Source: Oceanispirochaeta sp.
GTDB taxonomy: Bacteria > Spirochaetota > Spirochaetia > DSM-2461
Direction of reading: 5' to 3'
Assembly (NCBI GenBank): GCA_963666275.2
Contig: CAXXOA010000001.1
Coordinates: 768,001-832,000, forward strand
Length of the DNA stretch: 64,000 nucleotides
Of the stretch, positions 47,915 through 59,462 are shown in pieces. Under the pieces are notes generated by a model. That model was not told the origin of the DNA. It was given only the letters and a program-made list of their open reading frames with translations, and searched no databases. Each line of letters opens with the position of its first letter. Positions within the stretch are counted from its first letter, which is position 1. A program made the position numbers and the translations under genes.

Positions 47915-49912
47915 TTAATAGCTTTCAAAATTCTCCTCATATCCGATAGCAGAGGGGGCCGGAGAGGCTGCCGCAATTTTAGGGGCTGATATTTTCAGCT
48001 CTTTAGCGGGAGTCTCGGGCTTATAGGAAATTTCGTTAATTTTGAAGAAGGATATCTGCTGTTTCAGATTTTCCGCCTGTGAAGAGAGCTCTTCCGCCAT
48101 GGATGCGGCTTCTTCCGAAGAAGAGGCATTCTGCTGAATCACTGTATCAAGCTGCGTAATAGCCTGGGTTATCTGAGCCGCACCTGACTTCTGTTCCCTG
48201 CTGGCCGCACTGATTTCCTGAACCAGATCGGCGGTTTTGCGGATTTTGGGAACAATTTCCATCATCATATTACCCGCTTCCACAGCCTGCCTCACGCTCC
48301 GCTCAGCCAGTTCGGAAATTTCTCCTGCCGCAAGATTGCTGCTTGAGGCCAGTTTTCCCACTTCAGCTGCCACTACAGCAAAGCCTTTTCCATGCTCACC
48401 GGCCCTGGCCGCTTCAATGGCTGCGTTGAGGCTGAGCATGTTGGTTGAACGGGCTATCTCTTCAATAATACTGATTTTTTCAGAAATAGCTTTCATGGCT
48501 TCCACTGTCTCCATAACAGACTGTCCTCCTTTTTCAACAGCCTGGGAGGCTTCTCTGGCAATTGCTTCGGTCGCAGTGGAGTTGTCAGCATTCTGCTCTA
48601 TATTGGCGGACATCTGTTCCATGGACGAAGAAATCTCTTCGGCTGAAGAAGCCTGTTCCGCCGCCCCCTGGGAGAGTATCTGGGAGGTTTCACTTAACTG
48701 ATAACTCCCGTCTGTCACATAGTTTGAACCGTTTTTCACCTGAATGACAACTTCAGTCAGGCTTTCTCTCATATTATTCAGAGACTGAGCCAGTTTCCCT
48801 ATCTCATCTTTCTGGTCAATATCGATGGATGCTGTCAGATCACCCTTAGAGAGGGATTCTGCAAAAACCACTCCTTTCAGAAGGGGGCCTGTGATTCCTC
48901 TGGCAATCCCGAAAGCGATGAGTATGCCCAGGGCAAAGGCTATGATACTTGTGATAATCACACCTTCTCTTGTTTTTATGGCGGCATGGATCATCTGTTG
49001 ATCGGTCATCAGATTGCTTCGGACTTCGCTCCGTATGCTGTTCAGAAGGTCCTGAACCTCAACCAGAGCCGGTTGGGTCTGGGTACTGTATATGGCCGAA
49101 GCCCTGTTCATCCTGGACAGTTCCTCTTCCGCAATGGATTTCATCTCTCTCAGATAGGAAATGGTCTGCTCGAGAATCGGCAGTGTCTGATTGGAAAAGT
49201 AGGTTAATCCGCTCGCCCTGTTCTGACGAAGCCGGTTCTGCAGCTCAATAGCAGAGGCATGAAGGCTCTCATGAACCCCCAGCATCTCATCCCACTCTTT
49301 CCGGAATTCGGGACTGCCGTTTTCATAGACCTTTTTTCCTTCCGGGGAGTTCAGCCACTTTCCCAGGTTGCAGAGCCGGGGATCTGTCTGCACTGTCAGA
49401 CGGCTCTCTCCTCTGAGGAGAGAATCTCTGATTTCAGAAGCCCAGTTCAGGTGTTCTATCTCTCTCATGGCCAGCACCGCCGGGAGTGTGGCGTCGGCCT
49501 GGCGGAATACGTCCTTAATCTCTGCGGCTGAGTTATGAAGTTCCCTGTGGGGTTCCTCTATGGATGTGAGAAGCGGGCCCAGAGAGGGGATGAGCGCAAC
49601 GGCTTCCTCTCTTTCTGTTCCGAAGAGCCAGTGGCCGAAGGCACAGTTATGGTCATCCAGTTCCACATCCAGTACTGTGATATTCTCATCGGTAAGGAGG
49701 GCATTGACCTTTCCCGCCCAGTTCAGATGATCGACCTCCTTCTGGGCCAGAGAACCGTCCAGCTTGTTGCCGTCGATTACCTCTGAAGCATCCGTCACTA
49801 TCTGGGAGATTCCCAGGATGGACCAAAGGGCGATTCCGATCAGCAGCAGTGTTACCAGACCGAAACCGAAAAACAGTTTTAGATTGATACCCAGATTTTT
49901 CCATTTGACCAT
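47915..49912 (-). CDS. MCP with two CZB domains, HAMP and signalling domain
   Basis: [18 protein letters not shown] and [33 protein letters not shown]. Confidence 0.9.
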   Translation of the reverse strand: MVKWKNLGINLKLFFGFGLVTLLLIGIALWSILGISQIVTDASEVIDGNKLDGSLAQKEVDHLNWAGKVNALLTDENITVLDVELDDHNCAFGHWLFGTEREEAVALIPSLGPLLTSIEEPHRELHNSAAEIKDVFRQADATLPAVLAMREIEHLNWASEIRDSLLRGESRLTVQTDPRLCNLGKWLNSPEGKKVYENGSPEFRKEWDEMLGVHESLHASAIELQNRLRQNRASGLTYFSNQTLPILEQTISYLREMKSIAEEELSRMNRASAIYSTQTQPALVEVQDLLNSIRSEVRSNLMTDQQMIHAAIKTREGVIITSIIAFALGILIAFGIARGITGPLLKGVVFAESLSKGDLTASIDIDQKDEIGKLAQSLNNMRESLTEVVIQVKNGSNYVTDGSYQLSETSQILSQGAAEQASSAEEISSSMEQMSANIEQNADNSTATEAIAREASQAVEKGGQSVMETVEAMKAISEKISIIEEIARSTNMLSLNAAIEAARAGEHGKGFAVVAAEVGKLASSSNLAAGEISELAERSVRQAVEAGNMMMEIVPKIRKTADLVQEISAASREQKSGAAQITQAITQLDTVIQQNASSSEEAASMAEELSSQAENLKQQISFFKINEISYKPETPAKELKISAPKIAAASPAPSAIGYEENFESY

Positions 49913-50053
49913 GACATTTTCCTCATTGATTCACTTTTTTATTTATTGAACAGGCAAGATTCTATAAATTTAGAACTAAAAGAGGAGATTTGCAAACAGG
50001 ATGTTACTGTTACATTTTTTATTTTGAAGTCATTGAAAAAAATGAGGATAAAA

Positions 50054-51400
50054 TTATGGATAGACTATGGCTGAAAATGAAGTGTACTGGGCAAAATAGA
50101 AATTATTCATAATCTGCAGGTTGCTCAGGTTGACGGCTCCAGCAGTATTTGTCTGTCTGGATTCAAAATGCAGATGCAGGTCATCAGGTATGGCAGGATC
50201 CAAAGCCACTGATACGTCCGGTATATTTGAACTATTCTGATAAATGCCCAGTTTGTCATCTCTTATAAGGATAGAAATCTGATCTCCCACTGTAAGAAGC
50301 AGAGCCGGGTCAGAAACGTATGTTGTATTCACACCGTTGATATAAGAAGCTATCTCAACATGATCCGCCCATAAATGGACTTCCACCCGGGTTTCAGGTT
50401 TTTCCGCAGATTCCTTAAAATAGAGGCTCAGTAGGGGAACTGAAAGATCCCGATTGGCATAATCGAAGTTAAGATAGAAGTCCACCATTCTGTTCTGCCC
50501 CATAGGATATCGTTCCAGAGATAGGGACGCCGGTGTATTTGAATCCAGAGCATCCAAATATACTATAGGATCACTCAGGTATGTAGTTGAGCCGTTTTGA
50601 TTATGGGGGAAAAAAAGATCGTAAGAGTAAAGATTTGTTACATCGCTGTCAGGATAATTAGTATTAATGCAATAATTGTCGTAATAGAGATATGTTCTTC
50701 CGGATAAACTGATATTCGGTAAATTCGTAGTATTGGGAATATTTATATCCAGATAGGGTGACAGAACTGTTCTACTCAGATCCCAGTCTGTCCATCCGGG
50801 ATACGTGGCATTCCGGGCGGCCAGAAAGACTGTATAATCGCCATTTCTGACAAAATCCAATTGTCCATCAAAAAAATCTGTTGAATAATTGTTCCTGAGC
50901 TCAAAAAAGTAGTTGCTTTTACCGTCTTTGCCTATTAACCAGACCCCGGCTTTATCCACAGTGTAATATTGGGACAATTCATAAGTATAGACATCGGCAT
51001 AGAAAGTGTTTGTATTTCCCGAGAAAGGATCTTCAAACCAGATTTCATCCGTATTTTTTGAAATGAACCTGGTAATAGTCTCTGTGGAATGATTAAAGGC
51101 TATCCCGGTAGTGGCGTCATACTCTTTTTCCAGGGTTATATAACCTTTCCAGTAACCCTCTTCCAGATCCACATCACCAAAGACAGAGGCCGTATCGTTA
51201 TTGAAGTCCAGTGAACCTGTTTCCTCATCTCCCGATTCCAGATTGATAAAAGTGTAGGAGGCGTCGCTCAGGACAAATCCTCCGGAATAGTTCATTATCA
51301 GTCTGACATTGAATTCATCATCTTTATCATTATCATTAAAAGACAGACTGCACGAGAAAAAGGGGAATAGAAGTAATAACAGGTACCATCGGATTTTCAT
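50054..51400 (-). CDS. Hypothetical lipoprotein, beta-rich (Asn/Tyr/Thr-rich)
   Basis: FFSC lipobox-like; 448 aa ORF in an AT-richer stretch. Confidence 0.65.
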   Translation of the reverse strand: MKIRWYLLLLLFPFFSCSLSFNDNDKDDEFNVRLIMNYSGGFVLSDASYTFINLESGDEETGSLDFNNDTASVFGDVDLEEGYWKGYITLEKEYDATTGIAFNHSTETITRFISKNTDEIWFEDPFSGNTNTFYADVYTYELSQYYTVDKAGVWLIGKDGKSNYFFELRNNYSTDFFDGQLDFVRNGDYTVFLAARNATYPGWTDWDLSRTVLSPYLDINIPNTTNLPNISLSGRTYLYYDNYCINTNYPDSDVTNLYSYDLFFPHNQNGSTTYLSDPIVYLDALDSNTPASLSLERYPMGQNRMVDFYLNFDYANRDLSVPLLSLYFKESAEKPETRVEVHLWADHVEIASYINGVNTTYVSDPALLLTVGDQISILIRDDKLGIYQNSSNIPDVSVALDPAIPDDLHLHFESRQTNTAGAVNLSNLQIMNNFYFAQYTSFSAIVYP

Positions 51401-51496
51401 ATTTATATCTCTATTTAATTATATACAATTATAATCCCATGTTATCCAGAAAAGGAGAAGGAAATTCGCCAATCCTTAAAAAAAGAGCGGGAAAAT

Positions 51497-51537
51497 AAAA
51501 AAAAGCACAACAGACCAGATTCGGCTGCTGTGCTTTT
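51497..51537 (-). terminator. Intrinsic terminator (possibly bidirectional)
   Basis: Minus strand aaaagcacagcag..ctgttgtgc followed by T8. Confidence 0.75.
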
Positions 51538-51794
51538 CCTGATGTGAGATTCTCTCTCACTACCGTCCCTAAAGAGACGGCTTTCTATTCAAAAATACAA
51601 TTACAATAATCTGTAGGGCGGTTCATTTTCCTTATTCATAATATCTTTCAAAACTCCTTGGTAAATAAGAATTTTGTTCTTTATGAACATGTTTTTAATA
51701 TAATCCCCGGAGCCCCGGATTTCCAGTAAAATTTGAAAAAAATATTAATTATTTTGTCAGGAATTTTTTAACTTATTCCGGGGGTGATATTTAT

Positions 51795-52577
51795 CTAAAG
51801 AATAAAACCGAAAAAATTTCTTATACAGATAAGGATTATGACTGCCATGACCACAATGAAGAGTTTATCAACTCCCCGGTTGCTCATTCTGACCGACAGA
51901 TGGGATCCCAGCAGGCCTCCTCCGATCCCTCCGGCTATCATAAGAGTCAGTATCAGCGGGTCAAAATCAGGCAGATTTCCCGAGAGGAGGGTAAAAACAA
52001 GATTGGTTATCTGGGAAAAGAAAATGATGTAGATGGAACTTAACGCCGCTGTTTTGGAATCCATGGCAAAAAAGAAGTAGAGAACCGCCAGATTTATCGG
52101 TCCTCCGCCTATTCCCAGAAAGGAGGCCATTCCTCCCAGCAGGATTCCTGTGAACAGACTGAAGGTATTGCCATTAAAGTGATGGGGTCTGATTTTCTCC
52201 TTGTAGATGGTGAACAGAAGCACCCCCAGAGTAATGACTCCCAGAATAAGAGCCTGAAGGGAACCTATTACCCTGTCGTTGCCGTAGGATATCTTGATTA
52301 CATCGAAAAGGACTTTCCCCAGCAGGCCTCCCGCCACACCGCCCGCAGCCATGAAGGAGGCGATCCTTCTGTTCAGTGTGACTGGAGAGTTCCTGTTTTT
52401 CAGGAGGGTAACGGTTGTCATGGACAGGACTGTTGTTCCCGAAAGGAAACTGATGACGCTGACACTGAAAGGGCTGATGCTGTCAAGAACAGGTTTGATT
52501 ATAACACCGCCGCCGATTCCGCTGATAGCTCCCACTATGGAAGCGCCGAAGCTTATTATTAAATAGATTATGCTCAT
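51795..52577 (-). CDS. TauE/SafE (TSUP) family membrane protein
   Basis: GAISGIGGGVIIKP, SFLGIGGGP; start at ATG 52577 after caggag. Confidence 0.88.
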   Translation of the reverse strand: MSIIYLIISFGASIVGAISGIGGGVIIKPVLDSISPFSVSVISFLSGTTVLSMTTVTLLKNRNSPVTLNRRIASFMAAGGVAGGLLGKVLFDVIKISYGNDRVIGSLQALILGVITLGVLLFTIYKEKIRPHHFNGNTFSLFTGILLGGMASFLGIGGGPINLAVLYFFFAMDSKTAALSSIYIIFFSQITNLVFTLLSGNLPDFDPLILTLMIAGGIGGGLLGSHLSVRMSNRGVDKLFIVVMAVIILICIRNFFGFIL

Positions 52578-52701
52578 GGGGTGTCTCTCCTGAAAGGGTT
52601 TGCCCCAGTATTGTACAGAATCCCCTGGGAATAATCCAGCAATGAGGAATTCCTTGCTTAATTGACTATCCCTGTTATAATTGACAAACCGGCAGGAAGG
52701 A

Positions 52702-53856
52702 ATGATAGAGCCCAAACAGATTGACATAGTTATAGTAGATGACTCGGAAGACCTTCAGAGGGTTTTGAAGATGATCCTGAACAGCAACGGATATAAAATC
52801 CGGTCCTATACAGATGCGGAAGAGGTCCTCCGGGATGTTCCGGGGCTCTTTATACCTGATCTTTTCCTTCTGGATGTCAATCTTCCCGGAATGGATGGCT
52901 TTCAGCTCTGCCGGAAACTGAAGGACTTTCCTCTTCTGGTTCAGGTACCTGTTATATTCATCAGCGGATTGATGGATGATATGGACAAACTGGAGGGCTT
53001 CAAGGCCGGAGGCGAGGACTATATTACCAAACCTTTCTCCCAGTCGGATCTGCTGGCCCGGGTCAAAACCCATATCAAACTCAGGAAATCCCTTCTTCAG
53101 CTGACTCAGTTTAATCAGGTGCTCGAAAGCAGAATTGCAGAGAGGACAAGGGAACTGCAGAAAGCCAAGGAAGAAGCGGAAGAGGCAAACAGGGCTAAAA
53201 CAAATTTTCTGTCCAATATCAATCATGAAATGCGTACCCCCCTCAATGGGGTTCTGGGTATGCTGAATCTAATGAAGGGAACCCGCCTGGATGCGGAAGG
53301 AGAGCTTTATCTCTCTCTGGCGGAATATTCAGTGAACAATCTCTCGGTAATCATCCGGGATATTCTGGATTTCTCCCAGCTTGAAACCCGGACTATCTCT
53401 CTGGATTACAGGGATTTTGACGTGTCCTCGATGATTCAGAAGCTCATTCTCATACAGGCGGCAAAAGCCGAAGAGAAGGGGCTGCTTCTGAAACTGAAAC
53501 ACTCGTCTGAAAAAAAGCATTTTATAGGAGATGAAATCCGCTTGTTTCAGATCCTTACCAATCTGGTGTCCAATGCCATCAAGTTTTCCCATAAAGGGAC
53601 CATCACTGTGAGCTATACTATCGATGATACCCTGATGCTGGAGGTCTGTGATCAGGGAATAGGAATTCCCCCTGACAGAACCGAGGACATCTTCCTTCCA
53701 TTTCTCCAGATAGATACAGGGTTAACCAAGGAAAACAGAGGCGTCGGTCTGGGACTCTCAATTGTCAAACAGCTTGTTTCTGTTATGGGGGGGCATATTG
53801 AACTCTACTCCAACAGGGAGGGGACCTGTTTCAAAATCTTCATTCCCGCTCCCTGA
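52702..53856 (+). CDS. Hybrid REC-HisKA-HATPase kinase
   Basis: IVDD, LLDV, DYITKP, NHEMRTPLN, NAIKF, GVGLGL. Confidence 0.92.
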   Translation: MIEPKQIDIVIVDDSEDLQRVLKMILNSNGYKIRSYTDAEEVLRDVPGLFIPDLFLLDVNLPGMDGFQLCRKLKDFPLLVQVPVIFISGLMDDMDKLEGFKAGGEDYITKPFSQSDLLARVKTHIKLRKSLLQLTQFNQVLESRIAERTRELQKAKEEAEEANRAKTNFLSNINHEMRTPLNGVLGMLNLMKGTRLDAEGELYLSLAEYSVNNLSVIIRDILDFSQLETRTISLDYRDFDVSSMIQKLILIQAAKAEEKGLLLKLKHSSEKKHFIGDEIRLFQILTNLVSNAIKFSHKGTITVSYTIDDTLMLEVCDQGIGIPPDRTEDIFLPFLQIDTGLTKENRGVGLGLSIVKQLVSVMGGHIELYSNREGTCFKIFIPAP

Positions 53857-53862
53857 ATCTCA

Positions 53863-54891
53863 TCAGTCCCAGTTGAAGCTGACCGCCGCCACTGCAAGGA
53901 AGACCACTGTCATTCCTAACAGAACAAGAAGGTTCGGAAGGATCTCCCAGAGTCCCGCACCTTCCAGCATTACAGCCCTGGCTCCTTCAATAAAATGTGT
54001 CAGCGGCAGAATCCGGGACAGTTTCTGAAGGATTTCGGGAGTTCCCTCCAGAGAAAAGAAAACTCCTGAAAAAATCATCATGGGAAAGGTCACAATGTTG
54101 ATCAGTCCTCCCGCCAGCTCTTCGCTTTTGATCCTTGCGGCAAATATAAGCCCCAGAGCCAGCATACAGAGTATCCCCAGCATGGTGATGAGAAGGAGGT
54201 TCCAGTAGGATCCCAGCATCAGAAAATGGAAGAAAAAATGGGTTCCTGTGAACACAAATACGGATGTGAGGGTCACAATCAGGAACCGGGAGGCCATCTG
54301 TGCGGAAATAAAGGTGAATGATGATACCGGAGTGGCTTTCATCCGTTTCAGGACACCATTCTTTCTGTATCTGACAATAACGAAGCCCACACCGAAGAGA
54401 CAGCTGAAGAGCATATTCATCCCGATAACACCGGGCACAAGCCAGTCAACATAGCGTATTGCCCGTCCCTCCACCTGTTTTTCCACAAGATTCAGAGTAG
54501 AGTTTTCCCGGGTATCCATAATCAGAAGGTATTTCAGAAGGTCCGCATTGGAGGATTCGGGATTGATATAGTATTCATTCTGTTCCAGATCCATCAGCAT
54601 ATCGAGCTGGTGAAGTCTGACTTTCTGCAGGATCCTCTCCTTGCTGTTTTCAGGATCCTCCCCGGAATAGGCAATGAAATCCACCTGTTCCAGCTGGAAA
54701 AAATTTTCCTGTCTGTTTTCTGCCTCTCCCCCCAGAAGACCGACTTTAAAAAGCGACTCATCCCGGTCGGAAAAAGCATAACTGAATCCCACAACCAGAA
54801 GAACCGGAAAGATAAGATTCCAGAAAAAAGTGCCCCTGTCCCGGATGAATTCCATGGTCCGGGCTTTTACTATGGCATTGAATTGTTTCAT
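53863..54891 (-). CDS. ABC-2 exporter permease
   Basis: YVDWLVPG, GVLKRMKATP, SGVFF, LPLTH. Confidence 0.9.
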   Translation of the reverse strand: MKQFNAIVKARTMEFIRDRGTFFWNLIFPVLLVVGFSYAFSDRDESLFKVGLLGGEAENRQENFFQLEQVDFIAYSGEDPENSKERILQKVRLHQLDMLMDLEQNEYYINPESSNADLLKYLLIMDTRENSTLNLVEKQVEGRAIRYVDWLVPGVIGMNMLFSCLFGVGFVIVRYRKNGVLKRMKATPVSSFTFISAQMASRFLIVTLTSVFVFTGTHFFFHFLMLGSYWNLLLITMLGILCMLALGLIFAARIKSEELAGGLINIVTFPMMIFSGVFFSLEGTPEILQKLSRILPLTHFIEGARAVMLEGAGLWEILPNLLVLLGMTVVFLAVAAVSFNWD

Positions 54892-54905
54892 ATAGTCAGT
54901 AACTC

Positions 54906-55781
54906 CTAGGACCGGAGGGAAGAACCGGTCAATTTCAAAAACAGATCCTCCAGGTTGGGTTCATGTATAGACATCCCTGTCAGGTTGTACCGGCACTTCA
55001 GGAGGTCTTCCATGGTTTCATGAAGATTGCTTGTCTGAATTTCAAGATGGTTGTTCCGTTCCACCGCATTATCCAGGCAGATCCCTGTGTTGTTTTCCCT
55101 GGGAACCCTTACAAGGACCCCCTCAAAATGTTTTTTAATCAGCGAATCGGGGGTATCCCATTCTATGATCTTTCCATGATCCATGATGGCGATCTGATCA
55201 CAGAGGATTTTCGCTTCATCCATATAGTGGGTGGTCAGAACAATCGTTGTATTTTCCCCTTTGATTTTATCTATGAGATTCCAGAAATTCCTTCTGGCCT
55301 GGGGATCCAGCCCTGTGGTAGGTTCATCCAGAAAAATTATTTCCGGCCGGGGAATGATGGCCAGTCCCAGGAGCATCCTCTGCCTCTGTCCCCCCGAAAG
55401 CTTTCTGTTGTCCCGTTCCAGGATGTCCTGGAGTGCACAGATTTCAATGAGTTCATCCATACTCCGGGGGTGTGGATAGAAGGCCTGGAACATTTCCAGA
55501 GTCTCTTTGACTGTGATAAACTCCGGTAGTGCCGTATTCTGGAATTGAATACCCACCTTCTCACGAAAATGACGGTTGATGGGATTTCCCCTGAAAAGGA
55601 TCTCTCCCTCTGTGGGAGCCAGTATCCCCTCCATCATTTCGATGGTGGTCGTCTTGCCGGCGCCGTTGGGCCCGAGCAGTCCGAAACAGATCCCTTCGGG
55701 AATCTCCATATCCACATGATCCACCGCTGTGAGGGATCCGTACTGTTTGGTCAGGTTTTTTACCTGCATTATCGATTTCAT
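54906..55781 (-). CDS. ABC-2 exporter ATP-binding protein
   Basis: GPNGAGKT, LSGGQRQR, DEPTTGLDP, TTHYM; start at ATG 55781. Confidence 0.93.
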   Translation of the reverse strand: MKSIMQVKNLTKQYGSLTAVDHVDMEIPEGICFGLLGPNGAGKTTTIEMMEGILAPTEGEILFRGNPINRHFREKVGIQFQNTALPEFITVKETLEMFQAFYPHPRSMDELIEICALQDILERDNRKLSGGQRQRMLLGLAIIPRPEIIFLDEPTTGLDPQARRNFWNLIDKIKGENTTIVLTTHYMDEAKILCDQIAIMDHGKIIEWDTPDSLIKKHFEGVLVRVPRENNTGICLDNAVERNNHLEIQTSNLHETMEDLLKCRYNLTGMSIHEPNLEDLFLKLTGSSLRS

Positions 55782-56043
55782 ATAGTGTAAAAAATACTGC
55801 ACAAACCGGGCACATACAAGACTTTTACAGTCAGGATTGCTGAATTCAGGCCTTTCCGTAAAAGAATGCGGTTTTTCAGATTTTATCCGGAGGATAAAAC
55901 AAGAAAGAGTGCCCGAATTAAGGCTTTTAATCGGCTTTTTTCCTCTTTCATTTTCTGCAGATTCCCCGGCTTTCCCTTTCCCTGACAATATGGCATAATT
56001 GCCGAATATTTATTACAAATTCCAAGCAAATAAAGGATCAGAG

Positions 56044-58266
56044 ATGAAACCGACTATTATTTATACAAAAACTGATGAAGCACCCGCCCTGGCCACTGCT
56101 TCACTGCTGCCCATTGTCGAGAGTTATACCAGGGCTGCCGGTCTTGATGTCGAAACCAGGGATATATCTCTGGCCGGAAGGATCCTGGCAGTTTTTCCGG
56201 ACTGTCTGGAAGAGCCTCAGAGAGTCCCCGATGCCCTGGCGGAACTGGGTGAGCTTGTAACGAAGCCCGAAGCGAATATTATCAAACTTCCCAATATCAG
56301 CGCGTCTATTCCTCAGCTGAAAGGCGCTATCAGCGAGCTTCAGTCCAAAGGGTATGCCCTGCCGGATTATCCCGAAGATCCTTCAACACCGGAAGAAAAG
56401 GATATAAAAGCCCGGTATGACAAGGTAAAGGGGAGTGCGGTCAACCCTGTTCTCAGGGAAGGCAACTCCGACAGAAGGGCTCCTGCTTCGGTAAAAAATT
56501 ATGCTATGAAACACCCCCATTCCATGGGTGAGTGGTCAAAGGATTCCAAGTCCCATGTGGCCAGTATGTCCGAGGGAGATTTCTACGGCAGTGAAAAGTC
56601 CATGGAAGTGGACTCGGACTGCGATGTCAGGATCGAGCTTGTGGAATCAGGCGGAAATACCCGTGTTTTAAAAGAAAAAACCTCTCTTTTGAAAGGAGAG
56701 ATCATCGATGCTTCCGTAATGAGTCAGAAATCTCTCAGGGCATTTCTGGAGTCTCAGATCAAAGACGCCCGTCAGAAGGATGTGCTTTTTTCGATTCATC
56801 TGAAGGCAACCATGATGAAAGTTTCCGACCCCATCATTTTCGGCCATGCGGTCTCTGTTTTTTTCAAAGATGTCTTCCAGGAATACGGCGATCTTTTTTC
56901 AGAACTGGGTGTGGATCCCAACAACGGAATGGGAGATCTGCTGAACAAACTTCAGACCCTGCCGGATGACCGCAGAAGCGAAGTGATGGGAGCCATACAG
57001 GCCACCTACGAGGAAGGACCCGAACTGGCCATGGTCAATTCGGATCTGGGAATCACAAACCTGCATGTTCCCAGTGATGTGATCGTCGATGCCTCCATGC
57101 CGGCGGCGATCCGCTCGTCCGGCAAAATGTGGGGCCCCGACGGGAAGCTGAAAGATATGAAAGCTGTGATTCCCGACAGGTCCTATGCCGGGGTCTACCA
57201 GGCCGCCATAGAATACTGCAGGGAAAACGGTGCCTTTGATCCTGCTAAAATGGGCAGTGTTTCCAATGTGGGACTGATGGCCCAGAAGGCCGAAGAGTAC
57301 GGGTCTCATGATAAAACATTTCAGATCCCCGCATTCGGAACAGTCCGGGTGGTCACTACCGGAGGAGACGTCCTGCTGGAACAGCCTGTGGAAGAGGGAG
57401 ATATCTTCCGTATGTGCCAGGCCAAGGATGCTCCTGTTCAGGACTGGATCAAACTGGCAGTCAACCGGGCCAGAGCAACTGGTTCTCCCGCTGTATTCTG
57501 GCTGGATGAAAACCGGGCTCATGATGTCAGTCTTATGAAAAAAGTGGAAAAATATCTGCCCGGTCATGATACGGAAGGCCTGGAAATTCTTGTGATGGAT
57601 CCTGTGGAGGCCACCCGCTACTCTCTGGAGAGAATCAGCAAGGGGCTGGATACCATATCTGTGACAGGAAATGTCCTCAGGGACTATCTGACCGATCTAT
57701 TCCCCATTCTGGAAGTGGGTACCAGCGCCAAAATGCTCTCCATTGTTCCCCTTATGAACGGCGGAGGACTCTTTGAAACAGGCGCAGGCGGTTCGGCTCC
57801 CAAGCATGTGCAGCAGTTTGTCAAAGAGAATCATTTGAGATGGGACTCGCTGGGAGAATTCCTGGCTCTGGCGGTTTCTTTGGAGCACCTTTCTATTGTT
57901 TTTAATAACCCCAAAGCTAAGGTCCTGTCTGAAACTCTGGACAAGGCAACCGGTATGGTTCTTGAAAACAACAAAGCTCCCTCCAGAAAATCCGGAGAGA
58001 TCGATAACCGGGGCAGCCATTTCTACCTGGCTCTCTACTGGGCACAGGCTCTGGCGGAACAGAGTGATGATCAGGAGCTGAAAAACCGGTTTGCACCTGT
58101 AGCCAAAGCACTCTCTGAAGGGGAAGAGGAGATTATAAAGACTCTCATAGCTGTTCAGGGTAAACCTGTGGATATGGGGGGATACTACTGGGCGGATGAA
58201 GAGAAACTTTCTGCCGCCATGCGTCCTTCCGATATTTTCAATAGCTCTCTGGAACTGCTGAAATAA
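56044..58266 (+). CDS. icd: Monomeric NADP-dependent isocitrate dehydrogenase
   Basis: [45 protein letters not shown]. Confidence 0.97.
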   Translation: MKPTIIYTKTDEAPALATASLLPIVESYTRAAGLDVETRDISLAGRILAVFPDCLEEPQRVPDALAELGELVTKPEANIIKLPNISASIPQLKGAISELQSKGYALPDYPEDPSTPEEKDIKARYDKVKGSAVNPVLREGNSDRRAPASVKNYAMKHPHSMGEWSKDSKSHVASMSEGDFYGSEKSMEVDSDCDVRIELVESGGNTRVLKEKTSLLKGEIIDASVMSQKSLRAFLESQIKDARQKDVLFSIHLKATMMKVSDPIIFGHAVSVFFKDVFQEYGDLFSELGVDPNNGMGDLLNKLQTLPDDRRSEVMGAIQATYEEGPELAMVNSDLGITNLHVPSDVIVDASMPAAIRSSGKMWGPDGKLKDMKAVIPDRSYAGVYQAAIEYCRENGAFDPAKMGSVSNVGLMAQKAEEYGSHDKTFQIPAFGTVRVVTTGGDVLLEQPVEEGDIFRMCQAKDAPVQDWIKLAVNRARATGSPAVFWLDENRAHDVSLMKKVEKYLPGHDTEGLEILVMDPVEATRYSLERISKGLDTISVTGNVLRDYLTDLFPILEVGTSAKMLSIVPLMNGGGLFETGAGGSAPKHVQQFVKENHLRWDSLGEFLALAVSLEHLSIVFNNPKAKVLSETLDKATGMVLENNKAPSRKSGEIDNRGSHFYLALYWAQALAEQSDDQELKNRFAPVAKALSEGEEEIIKTLIAVQGKPVDMGGYYWADEEKLSAAMRPSDIFNSSLELLK

Positions 58267-58365
58267 AGATTCTTTCCCTTTCCCAAGGCCTTTGTCATCG
58301 GTTTCTCCGGATTCGTTCTGAAGCAGCCCTTTCAAGGGCCGGGGAGAGAAACTTTCAATAATGAG

Positions 58366-58692
58366 TTAGAGCAGATTCAAAGCACTGATCAGTCCTGCTA
58401 GAAGAGTAAAGCCTATTCCCATAGCCCATTGCTGGTGAGAAAAGCGTTTATCCATATATTGCTGCAAATCTATAAATCTTTTATCCATGGATTCAAATCC
58501 CTGTCGGGTTAATTCCATCTGATTTTTTAATCCCTCTTCCACACGAACCATCCTCTCAAGTAGCTCTATTTCCCTGGATTGTTGTTGAGGAAAAGGATAA
58601 ATATTCTGTTCCCGGATCCATTGGCCAATATGAATCTTTACATAATTGCCAATTTGTTCCAGCTGATTCTGATCCACCTTAGGTTCTCCCAT
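58366..58692 (-). CDS. Small coiled-coil protein with C-terminal TM (DUF1640/Bdr-like)
   Basis: MDKRF twice, then hydrophobic tail; SD aggag. Confidence 0.65.
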   Translation of the reverse strand: MGEPKVDQNQLEQIGNYVKIHIGQWIREQNIYPFPQQQSREIELLERMVRVEEGLKNQMELTRQGFESMDKRFIDLQQYMDKRFSHQQWAMGIGFTLLAGLISALNLL

Positions 58693-58841
58693 TTTACTTT
58701 ACTCCTATTATAGCCTTTTTATTACTCAATAACAGGCAGATATGAGCTGCTGCTTCAAAATCAGCAGTAATTGCTTCTTATATTTTTAATAAGATGTTCT
58801 AAAGAAACTAGTTGCTTATACAAAATACGGAGTTGTAAACA

Positions 58842-59462
58842 TTATGGGTTATGTACAAAATCGGCGCTGTTTCCCAGCATTATCGACTCTATTTTATAGG
58901 CTTTTCCCAATCCGTTAAAATCCACTTTCCAGATTTCTCCGTTATTGGGGAATTTCGAAGGGTATTCGGGCAGGGTATTTTCCAGAAGTCCTCTGATAAG
59001 GCGGAAAGTCACCGCATGAGTGACGATAAGCAGGTTCTCATCCCGGCTGTCTTTTTCCAGGTCCGAGAAAAAGCTTCTGACCCTGTCGGCTATCATGGCA
59101 TAGGATTCTCCTCCCCGGGGAACCCAGCTCCAGCGTTTTTTTGTGGCTGTCTCATAGTCATCGTGTTCTTTCACTTCGTCATAGGTCATACCGGAAAATT
59201 TTCCCAGTTCCTGCTCAGATATCCGCTCATCCTCTTCCAGAGGAAGATCATAGATACCGGCAAAGGATTCGGCGGTCTGCCTGGCTCTGATCAGCGGGGA
59301 CGTAATAATCCTGTCTATCCGGATTCTCTCTTTCAGTTCCGACGCAATCAGATCGGCATCGGCTTTTCCTTCTGCTGTTAAAGGAAAAGCCCGGCGGCTG
59401 GCCATAATACGGCTCTTATTGGCTTTGCTCTCGGCATGTCTTATCATATAGAGGGTTTTCAT
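58842..59462 (-). CDS. Histidine phosphatase family protein
   Basis: RHAES, TSPLIRARQTA, GES, VTH. Confidence 0.88.
   Translation of the reverse strand: MKTLYMIRHAESKANKSRIMASRRAFPLTAEGKADADLIASELKERIRIDRIITSPLIRARQTAESFAGIYDLPLEEDERISEQELGKFSGMTYDEVKEHDDYETATKKRWSWVPRGGESYAMIADRVRSFFSDLEKDSRDENLLIVTHAVTFRLIRGLLENTLPEYPSKFPNNGEIWKVDFNGLGKAYKIESIMLGNSADFVHNP

Noticed and set aside
51497..51702. 6S RNA or c-di-GMP-I riboswitch
   Set aside because: No long 5'/3' pairing for 6S, and it lacks the GGCAAA/GAAA/GCAAAGC arrangement of c-di-GMP-I.
56044..58266. icd as a member of the citrate regulon
   Set aside because: About 14 kb from tctA and no TGTAGGA-N4-TCCTACA box was seen upstream.
58319..58758. 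9-bp inverted repeat (tgaagcagc) flanking the small TM gene as MITE ends
   Set aside because: Too short, no target-site duplication seen, and compatible with chance.
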